NCBI RefSeq assembly: GCF_006345805.1
Contig: NC_043004.1
Span: forward strand, 24,738,001 to 24,802,000
Reading direction: 5' to 3'
DNA length: 64,000 nt
Origin: Octopus sinensis
Lineage: Eukaryota
Positions 24,863 through 39,000 of this stretch are shown in pieces. Position 1 is the first letter of the stretch. Every line of letters starts with the position of its first letter. The notes below the pieces were generated by a model. That model worked only from the letters and a program-made list of their open reading frames with translations. It was not told the DNA's origin and ran no database searches. The position numbers were made by a program, and so were the translations under genes.

Positions 24863-25205
24863 GAGGGGCTGCTGAAAAATCCCTAGCTTTAAGGGTATTG
24901 TGAAAGACCTGGTTGGAGGCCCTACTTTCAATGAAGGACTCCTGCAATATGTGCATGAATTTGAGAAGGGAATATGTTGAATAATAACATAATCAACTGT
25001 ATTTTCTATTACCTCAAGCCAGGAACTTTCAGCACCCCCTCATATATCTGTATGTGTCTGTGTTTGTACCCCACTACTGCTTGACAACTGGTATTGGTTG
25101 TTTATGTCCCCGTAACTTAGCTTAACGAAAACTAAGTACTGGGGTCAATTCATTCAACTAAAAATGCTTCAAAGCAGTGTCCCAGCATGACCACAGTCTA
25201 AGATA
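24670..25205 (+). mobile_element. SINE family A interrupted by a mariner-type MITE
   Basis: Head at 24670, (TA)n, MITE, then SINE body and tail resume. Confidence 0.8.
24862..25042. mobile_element. Tc1/mariner-type MITE
   Basis: TIRs cgaggggctgctgaaaaatccctagct / agccaggaactttcagcaccccctca|TA; related to 55881 and 56311 (opposite orientation). Confidence 0.8.
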
Positions 25206-25723
25206 AAGAATCACCAAGTTCCAGTTTCATTCCCACTACTGGCATCTTTAGCAAAAATCTTTTACAGTTTGGGTTGATCCAAGTAGACTAAAATATGGGT
25301 AGATGGAAACTGTAGAAATCATTGTGAGAGGATTTGGTAGATGTGAACTGAAAGAAGCCCATCGTATATAAGTGTGTGTTTGTTTCCTAACTGGTATTGG
25401 TTTGTTTACGTCCCCGTGACTTAGTGGCTCAGTAAAAAGATCTGATAGAATATGTATCGGGCTGGGCAAGTGTCTAGTATTGTAGCCTTCTGAGTGGATT
25501 TGGAATACGGAAAGAAGCCCATTGTGTATATATGTGTTGGTGTGTTTACGTTCCCTTAATTTAGTGCTTCAGCAAAAGCAACTGATAGAATAAGTACCAG
25601 GTTTAACAAAAGAAATGCTGGGGGCTGATTCATTTGACTAAAAATTCTCCAGCATGACTGCAGTCTAATGACTAAAACAAGTAGAAGAGAAAAGATTATC
25701 TGATAGTTAAATGTTTTACATAT

Positions 25724-26030
25724 GGAGGCACAATGGCCCAGTGGTTAGGGCAGCGGACTCGTGGTCAGAGGATTGCGGTTTCGATTCCCAGACCAGGTGT
25801 TGTGTGTGTTTATTGAGCGAAAACACCTAAAACTCCACGATGCTCCGGCAGAGGGTTCTGGCAACCCCTGCTGTACTCTTTCGCCCCAACTTTCTCTCAC
25901 TCTTTCTTCCTGTTTCTTGAGTAACACTGTGATGGACTGGCATCCCGTCCAGCTGGGAAGAACACATATGCCATGGAAACTGGGCCCATGATCCTGGCTA
26001 GGCTTGATAAGGGCGCATAAATAAATAAAT
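25724..26030 (+). mobile_element. tRNA-derived SINE, family C, with TSD
   Basis: Head ggaggcacaatggcccagtggttagggcagcggactcg..ggtttcgattccc; internal gatggactggcatcccgtccag; (taaa)n tail; TSD aaatgttttac at 25709-25719 and 26027-26037. Confidence 0.88.
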
Positions 26031-26193
26031 GTTTTACGTAATTTTTTTTTTCTATTTACCTAACTAGTCTTTTAGCAATGTTGTTTTGTCAAGAAATATG
26101 AGGCATGGTATGCTCTGAAGACACTCACACTCACATATTACTCCTTATCCCTTTAGCATTCAGATTATTCTGTCAAATGTAATGCTTATTTGA

Positions 26194-27102
26194 CCCTTCA
26201 TGGGCTGGCAGGGTTGGAATTACCTAAACAGTCATTGGGGTCCCCTTTTTATTTTTGCGCATTTCCGCACTATCCATAAAGTAATATTTGTTTTATCTTG
26301 TATGTACATGTGAGTGCATGATATAGAACAAGAAATTTAGCTTTTTTTTTTATAGTTTTATATACTATACATGTAGCACTAAATATAAAATAAAACAAAA
26401 AGAATAAAAGAATAAATGTATTTTGATTGATACCAGTACAAATACGAAGAAAGTTGACTTCCAATTCATCAGAATATCTCTTTTGCTCTTTTACTTGTTT
26501 CAGTCATTTGACTGCGACCATGCTGGAGCACTGCCTTTTAGTCGAGCAAATCTTTGTAAGCTTAGTAACTTATTCTATTGGTTTCTTTTGCCGAACCGCT
26601 AAGTTACAGGAACGTAAACACACCAGCATCGGTTGTCAAGCAATGTTGGGGGCGACAAACACAGACACACAAACATATATACACACATACATATATATAT
26701 ATATATACATATATACAATGGGCTTCCTTCAGTTTCCGTCTACCAAATCCACTCACTAGGCTTTGGTCGGCCCGAGGCTATAGTAGAAGACACTTGCCCA
26801 AGGTGCCACGCAGTGGGAATGAACCCGGAACCATGTGGTTGGTAAGCAAGCTACTTACCACACAGCCACTCCTGCGCCTATGTCTGAAAAACGAACAGAA
26901 AAAAATAATTTCCCAGAAAGCCAATGGGTCCAGTTGGACCCTGATTACCATATTTTATGCTATAACATCCATATGACTGGAAATTTTTAACTTAAAATTT
27001 GTATGTGCATACATAAACTGACAAAGTCATGAGATATAAAATCGTTTAAATAAAAAAAATGTGAAAGTTGCATCCCAAGGGACCCCACCAGCCCACTAAG
27101 GG
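26194..27102. mobile_element. piggyBac-type non-autonomous element containing a family A SINE (26478-26872, minus strand)
   Basis: ttga|cccttcatgggctggcaggg ... ccaccagcccactaaggg|ttaa; itself sits inside another TTAA MITE (about 26148-27265). Confidence 0.65.
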
Positions 27103-30100
27103 TTAATCAGTGTTTTGAATTGATCATGCATTCTCATAGCTTTGGGATTTCAGTGGTATGATGATTTACTTTCAGAATGACATTGTAGGATAAGTGTAAG
27201 AGGCTGGATCTGGCTGGTTTGAACATTAAATGGGTAGAATATTTAGGCCAGATATGGCCAGTTTAACTCTCTACTATTCTAACTGACCATCATCTTCATT
27301 TAACATCTGCTTTCCATGCTGGCATGTGTTGGATGGTTTAACTGAAAACTGGTAATCCAGGGAGCTGTGCCAGGTTCCGATAGGATTTAGCAAGGTTTCT
27401 ATGGCTGGATGCCCTTCCTAATGCCAACCATTTCGAGAGTGTAGTGGGTACTTTTTACATGCCACCAGAACGGGTGGCATGACACCAGCATCAGCCACGA
27501 CTGCAGTCTCACTTATCTTGTGCCTTAGCAGAGCCACAATTCTATAACTGAGCAAGTAAAAGAATGTGTGTGTGTGTGTGTGTGTGTAAATCATAATCAT
27601 TTTAATGCCCCCTTTTCCATACTTGAATGGTTCAGACAAAATTCATACAAGTAGATTTTCTATGACTGGATGTCCTTCTTGTCATCAACCATCACCAGTT
27701 TCCAAACAAGGTAACATTTCCCTCATCCTTTGAACATGAACAGCACAATAGCTAGCCCAAATATTTGACCTGTTTTATGTTGAAACTGACCAGATCTGGC
27801 TTCTCACCCCAGCTCTACAATGTCCATCATTGAAATCTTTAAACTATAAAAATAATGCATGGTTAATTTAAAATAATTTAAACATTACATTTGACAAATA
27901 ATCTAAAAACTACAGAGTTAAATGCTAATGGGTTAAAATTTTGTATTTTCTATTTAACTCAGAGTATCTTTTACCTTTCACTTGTTTCAGTCATTTGACT
28001 GTATCCATGCTGAGGCCCCACCATGAAGGATTTTAGTAACTCACCAACAATGGTTGTCATGTGGTAATGGAGGACAAAGAAAGACACAAGCACATAGATA
28101 TATATCTTTCAGTTTCTGTCTCTCAAATCCACTCACAAGGGTTTGGTTGGCCCGAGGCTATAGCAGAAGACACTTGCCCAAGGTGCCACGCAGTGGAACT
28201 GAGCCAGGAATCATGTGGTTGGGACCTAAGGTTTTTACCACACACCCACGGGGTTTGTTGGGTTTTTTTTACCTCCTGATTCACGAGTGGAAAATTTAGT
28301 CTCGTTTCCATGGTTTCCAGGTGTAAAATGTCTGCATGCTGCATATTAGTTTAAAATAATTGAAAGTATGGTGGTCTGGTTGTATATTTGCTGAATATAT
28401 TGTACATGAAGAACAACTTTGAAATTCCTTTGTTTTGTGACCAGTTTCATTATTGATGTTAATTTCAGCAGTCTTTCATCCAAATACAAAACCTATGTGG
28501 TTAGTACTTTGAATTTAATGGGAAAACATTACACTAACCTGTTATTTCACTTATGTTATTGTCGTCTGTCTCTAACCGTAAATTCAAATCACAAATGCTT
28601 GACACGATGCATATATTCAAAGTTTGTATAGGTATTGTTGTAATGTATCTGTGTTCAAGGTTGATAAATGTATTTAGCTGAGATTAATTCAAAGGAAAAT
28701 AAGAACTAGTTTGTCAGGCAATTGAAAGCAGTTTTTCTCTATACTAACATATTTAATGGAAAAGACACATTAAATAGAATTTCTTAATTCTTACGTCTTA
28801 AATTATAGAATGTTGATTTAAAATGTGTATGTATTTAACTTAGATAATTGCAAATAAAGGCACAAGCATGGTTGTGTGGTAAGCAGCTTGCTTCCCAACC
28901 ACATGGTTCTGGGTTCATTCCCACTGTGACACCTTGGGCAAGTATCTTCTACTATAGCCTTGTGCTGACCAAATCCTTGTGAATGGATTTAACTGACACA
29001 GCTGCCGCACGCGCGTGCGTGTGTGTGTGCACACGTGCGTATGTATGTGTATATATATATGAGAGAGGTGTTGGTGTGTTTACATTTCTACTAAGTTACA
29101 GAGATGTAAACATAACAACACCTGTTGTTTAAGTGGTAGTGGGAGACAGAGATTGACAGAATAAGTGCCAGGCTTAAATTTTTTAAAAAAGTACTGGGGC
29201 CAATTCATTTGACTAAAAATACTTCAAGGCAGTGCCCCAGCATGGCCACAGTCTGATGACTAAAATGAGTAAAAGATTAAGATGAATAATAAAAAAATGG
29301 TCAGCGCAATTTTTTTTTTTGCACTATACTAGAAGTTTTATTTCTAATACTAAATACATTGGTTGAGCTTACCTAATCTTAGCTTGGTTAACTCTGATAG
29401 TAGCAGAACAATTTTCTTCAGGATATAAGATATAAATGATATTGCATTTGTGGTCAAGAAAACAGAGAATCAGTATCTGTAAATATCGGCAGTATAAAGA
29501 TAAAAATAAAATATTACTGCTTTTTAAATATAATTAGTGTTGCGATTGCATGATATTTGAAACATTGCAGTTTGTGTGTGTGAGTGAATTTTTAGGTATG
29601 TAGGTTTGTTGTTTGATCCCCTGTGGAATCTTGAGTAAGCATGTTTTGCCACAGCCTTAAATCAACCCAAGCATTGTGGCTTGAAATGAATAGACATGAG
29701 TATCGGCTTGCCAGATTGTATTAGCAATTCAAAGGTCCATTTTATCACAGTGTGTCATACGTTTAGGTTTCAGAATTATCTTATGGCTAGATGTGTGTCT
29801 GTGGAATACTCAACCACTTATGTATTAATTTAATGAGTATATCGTTCAGCTGATCAAACAGCTGAATGCTTATTGTTGATACTGATGTCCGATGCATTGT
29901 GTGTGTGTGCATGTGGTTGTGATGTGTGTGTGCATGTGGTTGTGATGTGTGTGTGTGTATTTCAACATGTAAATAAATGATGCAGAAAAGCTTTCATTCA
30001 TTGGGTTTAAAAATGGGGGAAAAAAATGTATTGCAATACCATCTGATATTTAATATTGATGAATTGGCTGAAGAGTGGATAGCGAGTTCAGTCAGTTAAG

Positions 30101-31245
30101 AATGAAGCCAACTAGTCTGATGGAATATGTGCATTACAACAGGATAATTAAGTTGAACATTTAGAAGACAGCTGAGGCTTTGGTCATGCAGTAATATTTA
30201 AAGGCTCGCTGAATGATCTGAGTGTAATCATTGCTATAGCAAACTAGATCTTCCATAAATGCAATATAAGCACTCTTGTCTACTGCCAGAAAATAAGATG
30301 TATTGGAGAATGGAAATTAAATGGAATTAAAACATTCCAAGGGAAAAGTTGGAAGAATGCTTTTGCCATAAAACATTTCATAGAATGTATGTTTATATAT
30401 TTGTTGTGCAAGATTTTTTATGTGAAGTCGTGTGTTGAAACAGATATTGTTATATTTCGGAATGGTCATTTTGCCAGTTTAGCCAATAACGTACTAGTTC
30501 AGGAAGGAAGTCTTATTTCATAGAATGTTGTCCATCTACACTGCATGAAAGCCTCAGCATGCCATTGTTAGTTTGACCAGCAGAGAGGGTAGGCCCACAA
30601 CTGTCATAGATAGTTTCAGGTTATAGGATGTAATCAATTGGTTCTAGCCGTTAGTACCTAGATGGAATTTGAGCTCGGAACACAAAGCTGGAATGGATAT
30701 TGTGAGGTTGACACTTCAGCAATTCCACCTACCCACCTCCTCCCTGAACTAGTACGTTATTTATTGACCCCACCGAAAAGATGGAAGATGTAGTTGACCA
30801 TGGCCAAGAGTTGAAATGAATATTGCAAAGCAGTCTTATTTCATTACCTATCACAATAAAACATACATACTCTGCAGTTTTCACATCATGATGTTGGGTG
30901 CAGGGATGGGCAAGTGATTAAGACGTTTTTGTTTAGCAATCTCATTGTTTTGATTTCAATTCTGCTGTGTAGAATAACCTGTAAATGACCTTACATTATG
31001 CAAGTGAATGGAAGTCTGAGTGGGCTGTGTCTCCTCTTGAGTGATAGACTTAATCTAATTTCTGGTTTAAAATGACCATTGGTACTTAGATGCTTTTGAT
31101 AGTGGACTCTTTTGCAAGTACTCGTACCAGAACTCTTATTTTCTTATTTGTGCCAAAGGCCCTCAAAAATGTCTTTGTTACTGTCCTCTTTCTTGACTAA
31201 ACCATAAAGCAATTTTATTTCTAATTGTTGTTTGACATTTTTCAG

Positions 31246-31345
31246 TGCTCAAATGATGATAACACTATCTATCTTGATGATGGTACAGGCCGTGCAACAG
31301 TTCGATGTGGCACTCTCCCAAGTCAGTGTGATAAACTTACCACTG
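31246..31345 (+). CDS. RMI2: RMI2 coding exon 2
   Basis: Acceptor ttttcag|; CSNDDNTIYLDDGTGRATVRCGTLPSQCDKLTT(G) contains the OB-fold LxDxTG motif; donor g|gtgagt; phases 0/1. Confidence 0.92.
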
Positions 31346-31779
31346 GTGAGTATTTACTTTGTTTTGTTTTTTTATGTGTAAAATTTTATAAGGTTATGTC
31401 AAGTTGCTTGTGAGTGCAACTGGTAATACTGCAACCTACTATAACCTGTTTCATGGTCAGGTCATTGCCAACTAAACTGACAACTCCACCAAGCTTGCTT
31501 GGTGGGAAGGGTGATTTTTAGATGCCCTGCAGAATGAAAGTCAAGGTCTGTCAAATGGCAGATGAACTCGGGAGTCAGCGGCCAGCCAATAATGTGTACA
31601 TATGCACGTTATGTGTGTGTGTGTGTGTGCTCAGTGACATATTTTTTTTTCTTTCAAATGAGGCATGGAAGAAAAAAGTAGCCTTCATCTCCAGAGCTTC
31701 AAGGTTAATGTCAGCAGGTCAAAGGAAGTCAACTAGTGCAGACGGCAATATATCATCATGCTGGGCTTGAAGCTGTGAT

Positions 31780-32380
31780 ACAAGTCAAACATTTGGAGAT
31801 ATCTTTTATGTTCTGGACTCATACCAAGTTAGGTGATATTAAAAGGTCTGGAGATCCCTTTGAGCACTTTCTTGCATTCTGATACATATTGTGTGAGAAC
31901 GAAAGTGAGTCTGATAGGTGTGCATCCACTTCTTACTTAAAAACAAGTAAGCAAATATACTCTCAGCGCTCTTGTGGGAAAGAGTGCCTGACACATAACT
32001 GACACCCCCTGGCTTCCAACTAAGGGTCAAATAGTCCTGTGCTATTTGGAGCAGTCTGCATATTTGTGACAATGAAATAATTTCACTTCTGTAGTTTCAG
32101 GCATTTGGAAGTTGTTTGAAGTCTTCTGTCCCCTCTTCTTTCAAGTGACTGCATCTTTTATTGAAGTGTTGGGTAATCAGCTGTGGTCTTCATTGATTAC
32201 TTGTGAATGAAACTCCTTGAAGCCACACACAGAAGGTCTTTCACTGTGATAATTGGGATGTCACACATTTATGACTCTGAAATGTTGCTACTTCTATAGG
32301 ATGTAGTATAAGCTGGGCCATTTATGAATCTTTATGAATCCCTGGCAGTATACAATATACAGCTGCAGGTGCTCATGTAG
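31780..32380 (-). mobile_element. Possible Penelope-like element relic
   Basis: Weak: AVYCILPGIHKD resembles PLE 'LYGLPKIHK'; the downstream Cys-containing segment resembles the GIY-YIG region. Many stops. Confidence 0.3.
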
Positions 32381-32631
32381 TCATAAATAGAACATACCCT
32401 TGGCTACACCAACACTGGCCTGGTATTTTGTCTTTCATCATTTCAGGATTGATAAAGTAAAGTTCAACAAGATCTGAACTCTGGGTGCAAGAGAATGAGA
32501 ACAAATGTGACACATTCTTCCTGACATTGTTACAACTCTTCTATTTTCCCCCAGCCTCCACTATCTCGTCAGGAAAAGGTATTCTCCACTGATGGTTGGA
32601 AAAAAAAAATCTTTATTTTTAATATTTCATA

Positions 32632-33179
32632 ATCTCTTATTATAAAAGGCAGATTTTATCTGCCTCCCTTTGTAACTTATAGAAATCTACAATGTAGGAT
32701 TTCTTCAATTACAATTTACCTAGCATTTTTAAGAGTAGAATGCATCGGGTCATGCCAGGTCCAGTTTTTAAAATTTAAACTCCAATTAAGCAAAATTTAC
32801 AGAAAACTCACATTCTGGTGTGTATGTCAAATGCTTTTCTTAATGTGGTTTACACCACACGCACACGCACACACACAGTGTGCAATGAATAAAATGAAAG
32901 TAAATAGCGACAGAGTGATTTGAGGAAGACTAAACTGAAAGTATTTAAACCACTACTCAAAAAATAAAAAAACACAGCAAACAGAAACAAATAAATACAT
33001 AACGATTTACTCCTCACACAATTTCTTCAATTAGAGTTTACCTAAGATTTTTCAAAGTACTCCATTCGGTCATGCCATAATATATTTCTTTCAATTTCAC
33101 CCCCAATTAAGACAAAATTCGAGAAAACTCAATATTTTAACATTTCACTCCGAAAGCATTGATGTACATGTGTGCGTGC

Positions 33180-33216
<37 letters not shown>

Positions 33217-34294
33217 ATGGGTTGTGCGACACAGAAAGTGTGGTGTGTAAGTGAAGTGCTTTTGTTAGTGTGTGTAAAGAGACAGACAGAGTGAAAGACA
33301 GAAATAACTGAACTTTTTTTATTCACTTTTTGTAGTGAGTGACTGAGAGAGAAAAGAGAGAGAGAGGTTATGTATGTATATATGTATGTATGGCTTCAGT
33401 GACACACACACACAAAAACACATACCTACGTACACCTAAAGCACGCACACACACACACACAAGCGGAGCGCGAACTTCAAAATTTTGGTAGTATTAATTT
33501 GCGAGCGTACTTCTAAGCGCGCGTAATTGAAAGTTTTCACTATGATATCATCACGTGCGAAAAAATTCGAAGGGTTTTGAACAATTGAGATACACATGTC
33601 ACGCCTGTATTGAAACCATTGCTAAGCTGCCGTAATTGCTTAAGACTTTGTTTAAATTGAAAGGGGCAAATATGTGACGAGGTTGAATACCCCAGAAAAA
33701 AAAATGTACTGCTGGTATTTATATAATTCACTACTATTTTGCTACAATGTCATGAAAAAGAAAAAATTTAGGTATGTAAATCGAATTCGCCACCCCCTTT
33801 TCCCCGTTCGTGTTTGTGTAAAAAAAATTATTATTTAAGTTTTAAAAATTATTTACTTTGTTCAAAAAATATTAATATTAATTAATTTTCAAGAATTATT
33901 TAATTTTATTCTGTAAAATAGTAATTAATTCATTTATCTGTAAATCCGCGAGGTTGTTACTCAGGCACCTAGAATGGTAACCTTCAACTAACACTATCTC
34001 CTCCGAGACCCTGCGGCGCAAGTTGACCAAAATTGAGAGTATGGTAGAAGAAGGGTTGCTCTTCCTTCCGTAGAACATAAAATTCAAATCGGACCATGTT
34101 AACACCAAAAATTATTTACATCAAAAAGATGCTTTTTTCTATGAAAATCCCTATTTTTTACGATTTTTTCACTGCTGTGTCGCCACTTTTCGGTGTATTT
34201 CGACCAGAAAAATGTTCACAAAATTTTTACTTTTCAAAATTACAATTCCAGCGGGTCGAAACAAACCCGAGCAACGCCGGGCGATACTGCTAGT
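32632..34294 (-). mobile_element. Long non-autonomous Helitron/Helentron-like element in RMI2 intron 2
   Basis: Minus-strand 5' actagcagtatcgcccggcgttgctcgggtttgt and 3' ctgccttttataataagagat; internal subrepeat 32680-32830 / 33010-33150; CpG-rich, so relatively young. Confidence 0.7.
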
Positions 34295-34613
34295 TATATA
34301 CTAAAAAAATTTATCCACACTAGGGATTAGAATTGCACTATACTGTAGCAAGCAGTCTTCACACTGTATGCATGACTAGAAGGATTGGTTTGGCTAGGCT
34401 GAGTATTGGTGTGAAAAATAGATTTTCATAATTCCATGTCCCACCAAAAAAAAAAAAAACAAAGAATTTGGATCCCCCTGCTTACTGCAATTTTCCCAGG
34501 CTCCACTGGTGTGGCAGATGCACCACATTGGGAATCTCTGCTAAATAATAGGCTCTTTATTAACATTGGTTTTTAGCTCTAATTTTATATTTTTTCTTTT
34601 TTCTTTCTTTTAG

Positions 34614-34789
34614 GTCAGTATGGAATGGTGATTGGAGAACTTCTGGAGACAGATGAATCTCCAACTATTAGGGCCATTAAGATGCAAGATCTTGGAACAG
34701 TACCAAGAGCAAGTGATTTGTGGAAGCTGGAAGTTATTGATATGAATTTGGCTTATCTGATACACGAAGGTCAACAACAATTGCTCTAA
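34614..34789 (+). CDS. RMI2: RMI2 coding exon 3 (terminal)
   Basis: Long polypyrimidine tract then tag|; (G)QYGMVIGELL...IRAIKMQDL...SDLWKLEVID...QQQLL* matches RMI2 GxYVMVxG..AVKMxDL..WxLEVxD. Spliced product is 147 aa. Confidence 0.95.
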
Positions 34790-35534
34790 TACTATTTTGT
34801 GTTAGTTCAGATAAATCAGTGAACTAATCACTCTTGATGCTGGTTGCTGTTTTGAATGTACCAGATATAAATTTACCAATATTTTTCATTGGATCTTCAA
34901 ATGGATGCTGCTACTATTTCAGTTGTTGTGTATTGTATTCTGCATATGATCTAGGGCCACATATGAAATGTGATGGCAATGTAATCAAGGACATAAACCA
35001 GAAGCACTGAACCCAGGCTTATGTGTTCAAACCATTCCTTCAGTACTGTAATTTACTTCCAGACATGACATTATTATATTCAGTAGATTCAGTTTGAATT
35101 AACTACCTCATTCATTCAACTGAGTGGCTCATTATTGCTACATTAAGGTAATAGATTATATATGGTTACAGGGCCAATGGTAACACAGTCATTGTGCTGG
35201 ACCTTAAGTAAGGTATTTACCTTTTTTTACCTGGCTGTGCAAAAACAGAAAAAATAAAAACTGCGCTATTCCTACATTGTGGTTGAACGAGTGGTTAATA
35301 TTAAGAATAGTGTCCTTGATACTATCGTGAAATGTCGATTAAACGACATCATGAACATGAGAGAAAGAGAGGTCACCATCTTGTACGTAATAACAAGAAA
35401 ATAGGAATTTGTGAGATGTTTGTAATAAATCATAACATATTTATTACTGGAGGTAATGTGTTAATATAAAAGATTAATTGAAGGGAAAGCTTGTATCATT
35501 ACATGAACAGATTCTTTTAGCAATCACGTCTTTT

Positions 35535-35680
35535 GGCGTTAGGAAGGGCATCCAGCTGTAGAAACACTGCCAGATCAGACTGGGCCTGGTGCAGCCTCCT
35601 GGCTTCCCAGACCCCAGTCGAACCATCCAACCCATACAAGCATGGAAAAACCGATGTTAAATGATGATGATGATGATGTC
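35535..35680 (+). mobile_element. RTE LINE 3' end with (gat)n tail
   Basis: ggcgttaggaagggcatccagctgtagaaac...gttaaatgatgatgatgatg. Confidence 0.85.
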
Positions 35681-35684
35681 TCCA

Positions 35685-37380
35685 AGTAAGTGAGGTGAAT
35701 GCATGCGTGAGAGGGTGCGTATGCGGTGACCTGACTCAATGCCAGTCTAAGACTAGACAGACACTGAGTGGCGCAAATTTAGAAATTTGTTCCTTTATAT
35801 AAAGGATGAACCGGAAGTCCCCGACTTTCACGTCAACTGGAAGTTTCTAGAATGTTTTAGAACGTTCTAGAAGGCCGAGGGAGATGACTCTCGTTAAATC
35901 CCTTCTCCATTTTGCTTTCATGCTTGACCACCAGGGTTCACTATGTAACTCCCTCCTCAGACGAGCAGTCGATAAGCAAAATCATTGCAGTGATCCAGAG
36001 CAGATACAAAGCAAAATGAGGTAGCAGAAGCATGATGCATGTATTGATTTTTTCTATTTTACTACTTGTTTTGCAAGCATGTGATAGATGCTGAATATAA
36101 TTGCAGAGTTTGGTGCTATAAACCTTTAGCTACACAGCTATACAACGTAAAATATGCATGGGAAAAATGTTTGTGAATAACATTCTTTGTAAAAGAAATA
36201 AACAGTTTGTTTTGTAACACAATGTACTGTTCTGCCACTTCTTGTGATGTAAGGTTTAGAGGTATGTTGTGTTTGTGGTAGTGGTGTTGGTGTAGGAGTG
36301 AATGTACATGGTATGTCAGGTTCTGAAATGAGATTTTCTGAGAAAGCTTTTTTTTATTCTGTCAATGGATATTGTTTCTTTTCGACCATTATTGTCAACT
36401 ATGAAGTTTTTGGTGAGTGCGACAGTACACGATAAGGTCCAGAATAAGTTGATGTAAGAGGTTCTTTAACGGAATCGTTCTGAATAAAAACATGTGTCCA
36501 CTCAGATGTCTGATGGGACAGCAGAAGAAATGGATTGGTCCTGCAGTGACATTGGTGGAAGATTGGAGAAGTAAGAAAGAAGTCTGTTGACATATAATGA
36601 CGTATCAGAATCTGATGAATCAACTGGTGTGAACATTTGACCGGGAAGCATCAAGGTGGTGCCGTAAAGAAGTTCGGCTGAGGAGAAACCTAAATCTGTC
36701 TTAACAGCGGAATGGCAACCAAGAACAGTTGGTTGGAATTCGGTCCAACATTGTGGGTCAGGAGTAGCGCGTAGTGCAGCTTTTAACTATCTGTGAAATC
36801 ATTCTACCATTCCATTGGAAGCTGGGTGATAACTTGCCATATGAATTTGATGAGCATCCAAGAGTCATGATATTTCACAGAATAAAGAAACTTCAAACTG
36901 GTGTCCTCTATCAGTGGTTATTTTAGATGGGACACCAAACCGCCCAACTGGAAATGAATGCTTGTGTGATGGATTTGGCTGTTATGTCAAAATGGGTTCA
37001 GGCCATTGAGAGAAATGATCGATGTAAGTTAAGATGTTCATGAAACCATGACTAACGGGCCAGGGTCCAACAATGTTGATGTGGACATGACAGAAATGAG
37101 TGCCTGGTGGGCTGAATTTTCCAAGAGGAGCACAAACATGTTGATGGACCTTGCAAACAAGAACGTGTCCAACTGGTGATTATATAGCGCATGTTAGGCC
37201 AAAAGAAAAGGACTATAATGAGCTTTACCATGGCAGCAATGCCAGGATGTGACATTTTGGCAGTATGTTGAATGGATGACATTTTTACAAGCTTTTTATC
37301 TTTCCATACCAAATCAAGTAGACCAGTTGTGGTGGAATACAAGTCCACACTAGATTAAAAATGTAGCCGGACGCTGTCTG
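35685..37380 (-). mobile_element. Ty3/Gypsy LTR retrotransposon relic: integrase, PPT and 3' LTR
   Basis: SHPGIAAMVKLI..FFWPNM..WTRSC (zinc-binding region); YHPASNGMVE*FHR*LKAAL..AELLYGTTLMLPGQ; THVFIQNDSVKEPL..YSGPYRVL. PPT gaggagggag at 35959-35949; LTR-like segment 35685-35946. Confidence 0.85.
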
Positions 37381-37559
37381 TTAGCTGTTTTTCTTTTACA
37401 GGGCATTGGTTCAAACATCCTGTGTCCAGTATGAGAGGAATAATTTCTAAGGGTGTGGTCTCATCTTGTGATTCTGACATGGAGGCCAGACTTTTTGATG
37501 TTGTTTATCTTGTTTTCTACTCTCCACAGTATGGAAGGTTGACATGTATCCATTCATTA

Positions 37560-39000
37560 TTTCTGTTGTTATTAATGTTGTCACTGGTCACATTCTAGCT
37601 GCTCTTCGATTGTTTCTATGGCCTCAGCCAGTGCTGGTGTACATGGACCATACATCTAGGCTGACTGTGTAGTTGCTATCCAAGATGGTTCTAGGTGGGA
37701 GCTTATGGATTAGCTCAATGAGTTGCCAGTTGTTCTCAAGGTGTGCTAACAGTTGTCTCAGTAGCCATGCTACAAGCCTCTCCATTTTCCAGAGTGGGGA
37801 TTTTGTGCTGGCAACAATTGAGCATACTTTAAGTTGTCTCAGGTCACTAGTGTCTTATGTTTTGATTAGACAGAGGAACCATGGCATGGAGTTGTACTAG
37901 AAAACTTTTATATGTATGCCTACTGAGTTGCATGTTTTGGATACGCTCTTCCATAGGTTGTTGCATTGGTTCTCAACTCTGCTCACAACTGTGTGTACAT
38001 ATGGGGTGTAGATATTGTCCTAGGATAAGTGGGGTATCATTGCCTCATCATAGGTGTTCATGTTGATCATGTTATCTGAGGCAGGAATGTATTGTTTTTC
38101 CTCTTTAAGGAGCCAAATGTGGTAATCTACTTGGTTGGCAGGTGGTTGTCATCTGTTAGCAGACCTTATGGTCTTCAGGAGGTTGTGACAGAGTCTACCA
38201 ACTTTGTTCTCAACGTGTTCCTTAGTGGGTAGTGATTTGTCGAACTCTTTCATATGAGTAAGGTTTAATAACTCTATCATGGTCTCTGTGTTGGCCTTCA
38301 TTGTTGAATTTCTGTGCCTATAGTAGCCCATATGCCATTCAGGAGATGTGATGGCATGTTACAGAAGCCTCCATGTGGTAGAATATTTGGGGCCTTTGCC
38401 CAGTATCAGCTTTTCTTCCAGAGTGACTATTCCTGTTAGGTCAGTGACCTGTAGGTTGCATTATCGTAAATGGGATGTGACATGAGAAGGTAGTTTGTGT
38501 TGTTGTTTCTATGTACCTGGATGGTGGTATGTGTGGTGATGTATGATCGACGGAATAGGCATTTGAATTTGGTATTGGATTTCTGCTGGTAGTGCCATCA
38601 TATTGCTTAATTGACATATTTGATGAGGTGTGTGTTGTGCAGATAGTGGTGTATAGGCATCATTGTAATTTTAGTGTTGAGATGGCAGAGAGTGTTGTAT
38701 TTCTTGTGGATGATTTTGGGGAGGATGTACTTGGCGATAATGTCACAGGATCTCTAGGATGTGACAAGGAACTGTAGGCATCTGAGTGATTGTGGGATTA
38801 GGTTATGCAGTCTACATTTCTTTAGGAATTGAGCCTCCCAATACATTCTTTTACATTTATCAACATGGTTACATTAGTATTAAGGAGATACGTGGCCTAG
38901 TGGGGCCTAGTGAGGATAATGTGCTGGTGTATCTCGGTCAACATAATTATGGTCTAAGAGTAATGTTTTTCTTACTAGTCCATGACTATGTTGCTTGAGA
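37560..39000 (-). mobile_element. Penelope-like element RT relic
   Basis: Minus strand YNSMPWFLCLIKT*..LKVCSIVASTKSPLWKMERLVAWLL..LIELIHKLP..SLDVWSMYTS (SLDV at 37662-37651); upstream KLILGKGPKY resembles the PLE 'LSKGxKF' motif. Confidence 0.65.
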
